This document shows positions 47,168 through 56,400 of a stretch of DNA of 64,000 nt, piece by piece. The notes beneath the pieces were generated by a model that saw nothing but the letters and a program-made list of their open reading frames with translations, did not search any database and was not told the DNA's origin. Both the position numbers and the translations under genes were made by a program. Each line of letters starts with the position of its first letter. Within the stretch, counting starts at the first letter, position 1. Source of the DNA: Nitrospirota bacterium (GTDB lineage: Bacteria > Nitrospirota > Nitrospiria > Nitrospirales > Nitrospiraceae); the NCBI GenBank assembly GCA_030645475.1, contig JAUSMA010000032.1, forward strand, positions 5,515-69,514. Reading direction: 5' to 3'.

Positions 47168-48865
47168 ATGAAACCAGTCAAAGGTCGCCCCCAAGAGACC
47201 CCACAGGCCCATGTCGGTCGAGCGCCGGAGGCCTCAGCCATTCGCGCCTTGCTGAACGAAGGCGCCGCGCATCTGCAAGGAGGCCGACTCCAGGAGGCAG
47301 AAGGCTCCTATCGGCGGGCCCTCGACTTAGCCCCGAACCATCCGGACGCATTACACTATCTCGGCCTCTTGCTCTACCGACTCAATCGATTCGACGAGGC
47401 CATCACCACCATCTCCCGCGCCATCGAACAGGCTCCCGCCTCGCCACTCTATTCATTTAACCTTGGCGTCGTGGCCCAAAAAGCGGCTCGTCCTGACGAA
47501 GCCATCCGCGCCTACCGGCAGGCTGTCACATTGAACCCACGGCATCTTGAAGCCTGGATCAACCTGGGCAATGTGCTCAAAGACCGCGGTGCGCTCCCTG
47601 AATCCATTGAGGCCTACCAACAAGCCCTGACCGTCAATCCGTCCCATGCCGACACCCATAACAATCTCGGCGCCGCCTTCAAGGAACAGGGCGAAATGGA
47701 ACGGGCGCGCACCTCCTATCGTCAGGCTATTCACTTGAAGCCGACCCATGTCGAAGCACTCAACAATCTGGGTCTGGCCTTGATGGAAACCGGATCGCTG
47801 GACGAGGCGATTGCGTCATTCACAAGGGCGCTTACGATCATGCCTGGCTATCTGAAGGCCCTCTACAATCTCGGCATCGCCTGGTCCTGGGCAGGAGAAC
47901 ATGAGAAGGCCGTCGATTGCCTCCAACGAGCGGCGACGGCCAAACATGATCATGCCAAGCCCGTGACCGACTCCTTCGTCTATCGCTCACGCATCACCCA
48001 TGATCTTGAACAAATTCGGTATCTGTTCCAGCGACAACTTCTACATGACGAGCATCGTCCCTACTTTCAGGCGCTCCAACAACTCGACGGCGAATTGCGC
48101 CGCCGCCCCGATCCTGGCAATCGAATTCCCATCGCCCCACACACGCTCGCGCCGGTTGCGGCCTCGTTCAATCGGCTCCTGTATCGCGCTCCGAATCCAT
48201 ATCTCCCGGGTGGCGCACTCCATCCCGACTTGAACGTCGAGGCCGTGGAATCTCGCTATCTGGCTCAGCAACCGGAGGTCACCTATATCGACGGGCTGCT
48301 GAATCACGAAGCATTAGACGCCCTGCGCCGTTTTTGTTGGGAGTCCACCGTCTGGAAGAAGGATTACGAGAATGGCTATATCGGGGCGTTTCTGGGCGAT
48401 GGATTCGCCTCGCCCCTGCTCCTCCAAATTGCCGAAGAGCTGCGGTTGAAGTTTCCCCGCATCTTCAAGCAGCACCGGCTCACCCAGGCCTGGGCCTTCA
48501 AACATGACAGCACCAGACGCGGACTCAACATCCATGCCGACGCCGCAGCGGTCAATGTGAATTTCTGGATTACGCCCGACGAGGCCAACCTCAATCAGGA
48601 GACGGGCGGGTTGGTCGTGTACGACAAGGAAGCGCCACGAGACTGGAATTTTCAGGAATATAACAGCGACAAGAACAAACCGAAGATTCTCGCCTGGCTC
48701 AAGCAGATGGGCGCGCAAACGGTGAAGGTCCCCTATCGCACCAATCGCGCAATCGTCTTCAACTCGGACCTCTTCCACGAAACGGACGAGATCGCCTTCA
48801 AGGACGAGTACCTCTGCCGGCGGATCAACATCACCTTGCTCTATGGGTTTCGTCGAAACGGCTGA
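47168..48865 (+). CDS. TPR-repeat protein fused to a 2OG-Fe(II) oxygenase-like C-terminal domain
   Basis: ATG at 47168. About 7 TPR units. The C-terminus carries HxD (NIHAD, nt 48533-48541), a distal His (LFHET, His codon 48776-48778) and RRINITL. Confidence 0.65.
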   Translation: MKPVKGRPQETPQAHVGRAPEASAIRALLNEGAAHLQGGRLQEAEGSYRRALDLAPNHPDALHYLGLLLYRLNRFDEAITTISRAIEQAPASPLYSFNLGVVAQKAARPDEAIRAYRQAVTLNPRHLEAWINLGNVLKDRGALPESIEAYQQALTVNPSHADTHNNLGAAFKEQGEMERARTSYRQAIHLKPTHVEALNNLGLALMETGSLDEAIASFTRALTIMPGYLKALYNLGIAWSWAGEHEKAVDCLQRAATAKHDHAKPVTDSFVYRSRITHDLEQIRYLFQRQLLHDEHRPYFQALQQLDGELRRRPDPGNRIPIAPHTLAPVAASFNRLLYRAPNPYLPGGALHPDLNVEAVESRYLAQQPEVTYIDGLLNHEALDALRRFCWESTVWKKDYENGYIGAFLGDGFASPLLLQIAEELRLKFPRIFKQHRLTQAWAFKHDSTRRGLNIHADAAAVNVNFWITPDEANLNQETGGLVVYDKEAPRDWNFQEYNSDKNKPKILAWLKQMGAQTVKVPYRTNRAIVFNSDLFHETDEIAFKDEYLCRRINITLLYGFRRNG

Positions 48866-48924
48866 TGCCCTGCGCCGTGAATCGCGAGGGGGCTGACGAT
48901 CGGGCAGCGCATGGCCGAGGGCCC

Positions 48925-49278
48925 TTACGCCACGTCGGATGTCTCGTCAGCCGGTCGCTGGTAGGGGTGTAGTTCCAACTGCGTCACGGCATGCTGCAAA
49001 CGAGTCCATTCTTCAGGGATTAAGGACACGAATTCGACTCCGAATCGACCCTCGCGCGTCCACCGCACGACCGCTTCCTGAATGGTGATCGAAGGCTCAT
49101 CCGGCAGAACATGGACGCGGAGCGTGATCGTGCCTCCCGGATGCACGGCGGTCTTGCAGACCACGCAGCAGCCTCGCTGCGAAAGATCGACCACTTCGCC
49201 CTCTCCGCTGACCACTGCGACAGAAGTAAAGGAACTGTGAAACCTGGCGGGGAACCGGGGATGCTGCCGCTTATCCAT
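48925..49278 (-). CDS. PilZ-domain protein (canonical c-di-GMP-binding motifs)
   Basis: RQHPR (RxxxR) and DLSQRG (DxSxxG) are both present. The gene starts 18 nt after the rtcB stop. Confidence 0.8.
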   Translation of the reverse strand: MDKRQHPRFPARFHSSFTSVAVVSGEGEVVDLSQRGCCVVCKTAVHPGGTITLRVHVLPDEPSITIQEAVVRWTREGRFGVEFVSLIPEEWTRLQHAVTQLELHPYQRPADETSDVA

Positions 49279-49296
49279 GCAAATCTCCTTCTGCCG

Positions 49297-50748
49297 TTAC
49301 CCCTTTATATTGCCAATCGGTCTTAATTCCGCCACCTTTTTTGTGATTCCCGCCCGATCGACCGACTCCACCACTTCAGAGATGTCTTTGTAGGCCAAGC
49401 CTGCCTCCTCCGCGAGGCCCGACATCGACACAGCCTTGACCAGGATGCCGCGCTGTTGCATCTGTTCCTGCAACTCCCTGCCGCGGACCGTTCGCTTCGC
49501 TTGCGCGCGGGACATGGTTCTTCCGGCTCCATGCATCGTCGAGCCGAACGTATCGCGCACCGCATGGTCCGTCCCCACGAGCAGATAGGAACCGGTCTCC
49601 ATCGATCCCCCACAGATGACCGGCTGGCCTGTCTGCCGAAATATATCCGGCAGCTCCGGACTCCCCGGCCCGAATGCTCTGGTTGCGCCTTTTCGATGCA
49701 CCACGAGCTCCCCTTCCGGATACCGTTCGACCTTGGCGATGTTATGCGCCACGTCGTACACCAGCTCCATGCCCAGAGCCTCGGCGGACCGGCCGAAGAC
49801 CGTCGCAAAGGCTTCGCGAATCTGATGCGTGATGACCTGGCGGTTGGCAAACGCCGTATTTGCAGCACAGTTCATCGCGGAAAAATACTCCTGCCCCTCG
49901 GGAGACCGAAACGGCGCGCAGGCCAGCTGTTGATCCTTCACCGTGATGCCATACCGGCGCATGGACTTTTCAAATACCTTCAGATAGTCGCTCGCCACCT
50001 GATGTCCGAACCCGCGTGACCCACAATGCACCATCACCACGATCTGCTCGTGGCCGGTAATCCCAAGCGCCGCAGCCGTGACCGGATCGAATATCCGATC
50101 GTTCGAGACCACCTGAACTTCGAGGTAATGATTGCCCGACCCCAAGGTTCCCAGCTGATTGATGCCTCGTTGAAGGGCATGGTCGGTCACGACCGACGCA
50201 TCGACCCCCTCGATGCAGCCACCTTCTTCCATACGGATGAGATCCCGATGCCACCCATATCCCCGCTCCACACACCACTTGGCCCCATGGGTCATCACGC
50301 GACCGAACTCCTCCCGCGAAAGCCGAACGAATCCACTCGCCCCGACGCCGGCTGGTACTTTCCTGAAGAGTTCGGTCATAAGCCTCTCGAGATGCGGCTG
50401 CACATCCGCCAACGTTAAGTCTGTTCGAATCAGCCGCATGCCGCAGTTGATATCGTAGCCCACACCGCCTGGAGAGATGATGCCCTCTTGCGCATCGAAC
50501 GCCGCAACACCCCCGATCGGGAATCCATAGCCCCAATGCCCATCCGGCATACAGAGCGCATACCGTCTGATGCCGGGCAGACAAGCGACATTGGTCACCT
50601 GATCGAACACCCCGGAATCCATAGATTGCAGAATATTCCTGGTGGCATAAATCCTGGCAGGCACCAACATGCCGGACTTTTCAGACATGGGGATTTCCCA
50701 AATCTCGTCCGTGATCCGATTCACCTTCATCTCGGTGTTCAATTTCAT
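49297..50748 (-). CDS. rtcB: RNA-splicing ligase RtcB
   Basis: ATG at 50748 (MKLNTEMKVNRI...) forms an ATGA overlap with the archease stop. RtcB motifs GYDINCGMRL, GSGNHYLEVQ, HCGSRGFGHQ and DVAHNIA are present. At 483 aa it is the typical size. Confidence 0.9.
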   Translation of the reverse strand: MKLNTEMKVNRITDEIWEIPMSEKSGMLVPARIYATRNILQSMDSGVFDQVTNVACLPGIRRYALCMPDGHWGYGFPIGGVAAFDAQEGIISPGGVGYDINCGMRLIRTDLTLADVQPHLERLMTELFRKVPAGVGASGFVRLSREEFGRVMTHGAKWCVERGYGWHRDLIRMEEGGCIEGVDASVVTDHALQRGINQLGTLGSGNHYLEVQVVSNDRIFDPVTAAALGITGHEQIVVMVHCGSRGFGHQVASDYLKVFEKSMRRYGITVKDQQLACAPFRSPEGQEYFSAMNCAANTAFANRQVITHQIREAFATVFGRSAEALGMELVYDVAHNIAKVERYPEGELVVHRKGATRAFGPGSPELPDIFRQTGQPVICGGSMETGSYLLVGTDHAVRDTFGSTMHGAGRTMSRAQAKRTVRGRELQEQMQQRGILVKAVSMSGLAEEAGLAYKDISEVVESVDRAGITKKVAELRPIGNIKG

Positions 50749-51179
50749 ACGTCCAACACCACCAGAGCCTTCCAATGCCCCGCGTCCTGACTCACATGGT
50801 ACAGATGTTTCGTGATCCCCTTCACATCGGCATGGAGCTCTTGTGTCCGGTAATCCACCGGCGCGCCGATCAACCGTGCTCGCAACAACCAGAGGTCTCC
50901 CGCCTGAGCCAACGTGAGCGGGGCCTCTCGGAAGACCACCCCTGCGGCATCTTTCCAATAGACAATCTCCGACAACCAATCGAACAACAGAGCCGAGAGG
51001 TCCAGATCGGTCCGTTCAATAGACCGCTCCCATCCGCCCGACACGGTAACAGGGTTTGCCAGGCTTTGAAGGAGAGCCTCTGTTGCACCGCGAAAGACCT
51101 CCTCAACCGACGACGCGTCGACTTCGAAGGCGGCATCGGCCAGGGCAATGTTTTCACGCCAGCGAATGGTCCAGGCCAT
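50745..51179 (-). CDS. Archease (RtcB activator)
   Basis: ATG at 51179. 144 aa. The N-terminus (ADAAFEV) and C-terminus (VKGITKHLYHV...VVLDV) are typical of archease. Confidence 0.75.
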   Translation of the reverse strand: MAWTIRWRENIALADAAFEVDASSVEEVFRGATEALLQSLANPVTVSGGWERSIERTDLDLSALLFDWLSEIVYWKDAAGVVFREAPLTLAQAGDLWLLRARLIGAPVDYRTQELHADVKGITKHLYHVSQDAGHWKALVVLDV

Positions 51180-51184
51180 CGAGG

Positions 51185-52159
51185 TCAGGCTGGAGGTGTG
51201 GCGCGTCGCACTCGCCGAATGAGCGCCTGGAGGTGGCTGAGTCCGGGGATCGCATGTCCGAGAGGATTGGGCACTTTCCCTTTGAAGAACATCTTGAGGC
51301 CCAGAGGCAAGATGCGCCATACAGCACGCGGTGCGAACCCGACCACTTTAAGCGGCATGATCGCTTCATTCAAACGCCCTTGCTGTTCGACCAGATCGGC
51401 AAAGCCAAGGATATGACGGGCACCGCCGGTCGTGGTCATGCCTTGTTCAAGCGAAGCCCGCCGCAACCGGATGATCGCCTCCATCGGTTTGACATCTTTC
51501 GGACAGACTTCGACGCAGAAGTTGCAGCGCGTACAGTCCCAAATCCCGTGTTCGCTCTGGAGAGCCGACAGCCTGGCGCGCGTCGCCGACGGGGCCTCGC
51601 GTGGGTCGGAGAGAAAGCGATCGGCCTTCGCCAAGGCTGCGGGACCGGCAAAGCCCTTCGACACTTCATACACTGTACAGGCCGCGACGCAGGCGCCACA
51701 CATGATACAGGCATCGACATTGTGGAACTCCGGATTGGCGTGTCCCCGCGCCTTCATCTGCGCAATCACACCCTCATGAGAATGCCGAGACCCCGGCACC
51801 AGCCAGGGATGCACGTCGTGAATCTTCTCCCAGAACGGAGCCATATCCACGACCAGGTCCTTGATCACCGGCAAGTTGCGAAGCGGCGCCACGATGATGT
51901 CCCCATGTCGGTCGAGTTCTTTGCGAAGAGAAGTCCGGCAGGCAAGTTTCTCGCGCCCGTTGATCGTCATTGAGCAGGAACCACAAATCGCAGAACGGCA
52001 GGAATAACGGAGGGCCAGGCTCCCGTCACATTCGTTCTTGATCCGAATCAATGCATCGAGCACCGTCATCCCACGACCGACATCGAGACGGAACTCTTGA
52101 GGATGGGGAGTGGAATCGACTTCGGGGTTGAATCGTTGGATCGTGAAAGTCAGGCGCAT
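51185..52159 (-). CDS. Succinate dehydrogenase/fumarate reductase iron-sulfur-subunit-like protein with a C-terminal extension
   Basis: 2Fe-2S motif SCRSAICGSCSMTINGREKLAC. 4Fe-4S motif CIMCGACVAAC. The third cluster motif CTRCNFCVEVCP has the extra Cys. About 80 additional C-terminal residues follow. No sdhA lies next to it. Confidence 0.75.
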   Translation of the reverse strand: MRLTFTIQRFNPEVDSTPHPQEFRLDVGRGMTVLDALIRIKNECDGSLALRYSCRSAICGSCSMTINGREKLACRTSLRKELDRHGDIIVAPLRNLPVIKDLVVDMAPFWEKIHDVHPWLVPGSRHSHEGVIAQMKARGHANPEFHNVDACIMCGACVAACTVYEVSKGFAGPAALAKADRFLSDPREAPSATRARLSALQSEHGIWDCTRCNFCVEVCPKDVKPMEAIIRLRRASLEQGMTTTGGARHILGFADLVEQQGRLNEAIMPLKVVGFAPRAVWRILPLGLKMFFKGKVPNPLGHAIPGLSHLQALIRRVRRATPPA

Positions 52160-52164
52160 AGGAA

Positions 52165-52226
52165 GCTTTCAGCCTTCAGCTGTCAGCCATCAGCGAGCTG
52201 AAAGCTAATCGCTGAGAGCTGATCAC
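52165..52226. repeat. Back-to-back heptamer arrays in opposite orientation
   Basis: First array, 52165-52192: gctttca gccttca gctgtca gccatca. Junction gcgagc. Second array, 52199-52226: tgaaagc taatcgc tgagagc tgatcac. AGCTTTCAGC and GCTGAAAGCT form a 10-bp stem. Confidence 0.8.
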
Positions 52227-52231
52227 TTACA

Positions 52232-53377
52232 TTAACCTAATTCGAAAATCTTCGGAAAGTTCGTCAGATTGCGGCAACCGTCTTTCGTGACGAGCACCAT
52301 ATCCTCGATGCGGACGGCGCCGAGGCCTGGATAATAGAGGCCGGGCTCGACGGTCACCACATGACCTTCTTGGAGCAACGAACCGGTTCGGCTGATACGA
52401 GGCGCTTCATGGATATCGAGACCGACCCCATGGCCGGTGCCGTGGAAATAGCCCTGCATCCGGCCATTTACAAGGCCGGTCTGGTATCCGGCTTTTTCAA
52501 ATCTGGTGCAAATCCCTTGATGAATGCGCTTCCCGTCCGCCCCGTCCTTGATTTTGGTGATGGCCTCTTCCTGCGCATCCAAAACCGTCTGGTAGAGTCG
52601 CTTCAGTTCAGCGCTCGGTGTCCCTCGTACGACCGTCCTGGACATGTCGGCGAAATATCGATTGGAGGCCGAACGGGGAAATACGTCGAAAATAATGCTG
52701 CGGTGAGCGGGCAACGGACCACTGCCTTCGTTGTGCGGGTCGCAGGCCTGCTCCCCTCCGGCAACGATGGTATGCTGAGCCACGCAATCGCACTCCATCA
52801 ACGCCACATTGATCAGTTTTTTCACGCGCTCCGACGTCAGCGGCGCACCCTCGTGCCAGAGCTGATCGTTGTTGATCGACGCCTGGCGCAACACATTGTG
52901 GGCTGCTGCAACCGCTTGCTCGGTCGCGCGCTGGGCCGCTTCGATATAGCGCACTTCTTCGGCGGTCTTCACTACGCGTTGTTCGTAAAACGGGTCTCGC
53001 TTTGGATGCAGCTGATAGCCCAACGACTGGAACTTGACGGCATGGCCGAAAGGAAAATTCGCCGGGACCGTGATCTGCGTGATGCCGGCTTCTCGCAAGA
53101 GGATATGCACCACCTCGACCGTACCTGGCTCGGCAATGCCTTGCGTCTTCGCTCGCCCTTCGACCTCCGAATAGGAGACCACTCGATCGACGGACGATTG
53201 GCTTTTTGCCCGATCCATTTCAAGATCGCTCATCACCAGAATCCGTTCACCCTTAATCTCTAAATAGATAAAGGGGTCCGGCGCAATAAACTTCGTCGCG
53301 TAATAGAGATTGGAGTCGCTCTCGCTGGCAGCGATAAAGACTGTCGCACGTTGAGCTGGTGAAGTAGATGACGCCAT
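52232..53377 (-). CDS. M24-family Xaa-Pro peptidase
   Basis: ATG at 53377. Creatinase/prolidase-like N-domain plus the M24 signature HGTGHGVGLDIHE and VEPGLY. Confidence 0.85.
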   Translation of the reverse strand: MASSTSPAQRATVFIAASESDSNLYYATKFIAPDPFIYLEIKGERILVMSDLEMDRAKSQSSVDRVVSYSEVEGRAKTQGIAEPGTVEVVHILLREAGITQITVPANFPFGHAVKFQSLGYQLHPKRDPFYEQRVVKTAEEVRYIEAAQRATEQAVAAAHNVLRQASINNDQLWHEGAPLTSERVKKLINVALMECDCVAQHTIVAGGEQACDPHNEGSGPLPAHRSIIFDVFPRSASNRYFADMSRTVVRGTPSAELKRLYQTVLDAQEEAITKIKDGADGKRIHQGICTRFEKAGYQTGLVNGRMQGYFHGTGHGVGLDIHEAPRISRTGSLLQEGHVVTVEPGLYYPGLGAVRIEDMVLVTKDGCRNLTNFPKIFELG

Positions 53378-53418
53378 AATGAATGCTCCTCGGAATCTAG
53401 CATGGGGGGGGAGGTCGG

Positions 53419-56400
53419 TCAAGGCGCGGATGGAACCGGCTCAGGCGCGGGCATGGTGTCCTTGCCCGCGGCGTTATCCTCTTCGGGTGTCATGAGATCG
53501 ATCGGCAACATCACGGTATTCTTCAGCACATCAAACGCCAGCTGCGCCAAACCCGTCACGCCACTGGCAAACGACTTCATCGGCAGGTAAGTCACCTCCG
53601 GGTCTTCGATCGATCCTTTGACAGAGAACAGCGCCGTGGCCAACCCTTTGCGCTCTCCGGCAAAGAGCCGCCCGAAGAGTGGAATCGTTTTCAAGAATTG
53701 CGAGTACGACCCGAACGGGCTGACCGCCCACACCATATCGACTTGGTCGGTCGGTAAATCAAAATTTCCGGCTGCGGTAATCTTCACGATCGGACTGTCG
53801 ATGATCAGATTTTCGGTCTCGAACAGTCCGTTCCGCGCAAGAATCGTCGCCGTGATCTTGTTGTAGGACAGGCCCTCTTTCTCCAAATCGACTTTCCCCT
53901 GCAGCACGGCAGGCAGATTCAGAATGCTGATGATCTTCCAAATGGCCCGTTCCTGCGATTTGAGGATGCGGCCGTTCTCAAGTAACACATCGACCTTGCC
54001 GTTCAATGTGGGATAGAGCCCGTGCGGATTCTTTCCATGTCCGCGGATCGTCCCCGTCACCCGAGCTTCCCCTGTCATCACGCCCGCCTTGGGGCCGAAA
54101 AATTTCAGCACATCTTCCACCAGCAACCCCGTCGCCCGAACCGAGATCTCGGCATCAGCCGGCTCCTTCCGAGGCAATTGCACCACGATACGTCCAGCCA
54201 CGTCCCCACTGGTCGATCGGCCGGACAAACGGTCCACATCCAGCACACCGTCCTGAATGGTGATACGGGCGGAGAGGCTGCCAAACTTGAGATGTTTGTA
54301 ATGCCCGCGCGCCATCGACGCCATCACCTGGACCTTGCTGGTCTCTGCCAGGATTTCCAGAAATTCTCGAATGGGTGACCTCTCGCCTTTTGGAATGAGC
54401 AGATCCAGATCCATTTGATTGGACTCGATCTTCGCCGTAATCACCGGTTTCGACGCCCAATTCCTGATCGTCCCTTCCAGCGCAAGATCGCTGTCGAGCA
54501 GATGGAACGACAGCCGTTTAATCTCCGCGCCGTTCTTCACGAAATGGACTCGCGCGTACAAATCCTGGATGGGCCCCTCAGCCCCCTTGGCACTCATCAA
54601 CCCATTGGTTAAGGCCAGCCACCCGGTGGTCCGCCATGTTTTCCAATTGAGATCCTTTCCCTTCATATCGAGCGACAACTCGATATTCCCTGCCTCAAAT
54701 CCACCCTTCGCAATCCATTCCGGCACACGAGACAGCGACAGGGTGCCGGTCGAAAGCGCGGCATCGATCGAAAAATGTTCGCCCAATTGAATCTTGCCCT
54801 TCACCGGCAATCGAATCGGCGGCACGATCAGCTCAATCCTGTCGAGTACGACCCCGGAAGCCTGCGGAATCGTCCCCTCGAACTCCACCGTCGCCGGAGC
54901 GCCGATCGGTTTTTCAACCAGATCGGACAACGTCACTTTCGACTCGGTCAAGACGACCTCACCCCGGACATGTGGCGACAGCGTTGGACCGGTCAATACG
55001 AGCGCGCCGTTGACCAGCCCATCGATCGTTCCGGCTGGAATGGCTTTCGAAGGAAGCAACTTGACCATATGGCCCGCATCGCCGTTGACTCGGATCAAGA
55101 AATCCTGAAAGGCGCTGCCACTGCCTCCTGTGATGCCGCCATGGATCCGCACGGCCAGATCGCCCACATGCCCCGTCACCTCATCGAACTGAGTCCCCCC
55201 ATCCGTCAGCACAAACCGGCCCTGCAATCCGGTCAACCGCTCGGGCAACGAGGGATTCGTCAGACCGACATGTTTGACGATAATATCGCCCCCGGCAAAG
55301 GTCACGCCGCCGGCCTGATTGAGTGGACCGACCAAGCGAAACGTGGGACTGGCCATGCCTTCGACGTCACGCGACGCCGCTAATACACGCGACAGTTGCT
55401 CCGACTTGACGGTCTTGGAAAGAAGCTGCAACAGGTCCGCCGCGGCCATCGTTCCGGCAATGTCCATCTCCAGCCAGGGCCCCGCCTCTAAAAACGAGAT
55501 GAGCGCCTTGCTCTCACTCATATGGATCGCGCCATAGAGTCCGCTGAGATTCGACACTTTGAGCCGGCCTGGTTCGACCGAGACGACGGCAGCTAAATCT
55601 TTGGCAGGGACACGACTATCTCCGATCAGCGCTTGCCCCTGGCTCACGCGAAATTCTCCGGTCAACGAGAGCTGCGGTCCGGATACCGACGACCCCGTGA
55701 CGGTGGCGGAGACAATCTCCACCGTCCCGTCGATCTCCCGATCTTGCATGATTGCCGGCAACTGCGGATGCACCCACTGCGCCGGCAGCTGCGTGAGTAG
55801 CTGGCGGAGCTGGATCGGGGATGCCGAAAAGGTCAGGGCAAACGTGGGCTGAACCGTCAATAAACCGGAGAGGCTCGCTTGGCCTGTGAGCGTCAGTTGT
55901 TCGAGGTTCGCAGACAGATCGGATAACAGCACATCATAACCAGCCACGCCAGGCGCGGCTCGAACAAGGCTGTGGACATTCACGACGCCCTGCACCTGTT
56001 CAGGAACCGGACGTGGCCCAAAGAAATCTGCAACCTCTCGAAGGTTGAGACTCGCGGCTTCAACACTGCCATCGAACTGGAGTCGAACCTGTGAGGCCGA
56101 GGGATCGCCGGGTGCCAACAACTGCCGCTGGGCGGAACTAATCGTCCCTGCCAGGGATATGGCAGACAGGCCCTTCTCACCCGCATGACCGGCAGAGACG
56201 TGTAAATCCGCCTGTCCCCGCTCCGCTCTGATCACCAGCGAAGCCTCGACCGACTCCAAGGCCATGGTGCGGGTTCCATCCGGACGTCCGTCGTCGATGA
56301 TGATCAGCTTCCCATTCACCAACGTCGCCTCGCGAATGCGGAAGATTCGGCTCATCGTCTGCACCGCATCCTGATCGGCCTCGCCTCCTTGCGCGACCTG

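Noticed and set aside
50749-51320. Long N-terminal extensions of the RtcB ORF (to 50979) and the archease ORF (to 51320)
   Set aside because: The internal ATGs at 50748 and 51179 give proteins of canonical length. They also create ATGA coupling (rtcB with archease) and a 5-nt gap (archease with the SdhB-like gene). The extensions overlap the upstream genes and are G/R/P-rich out-of-frame read-through.
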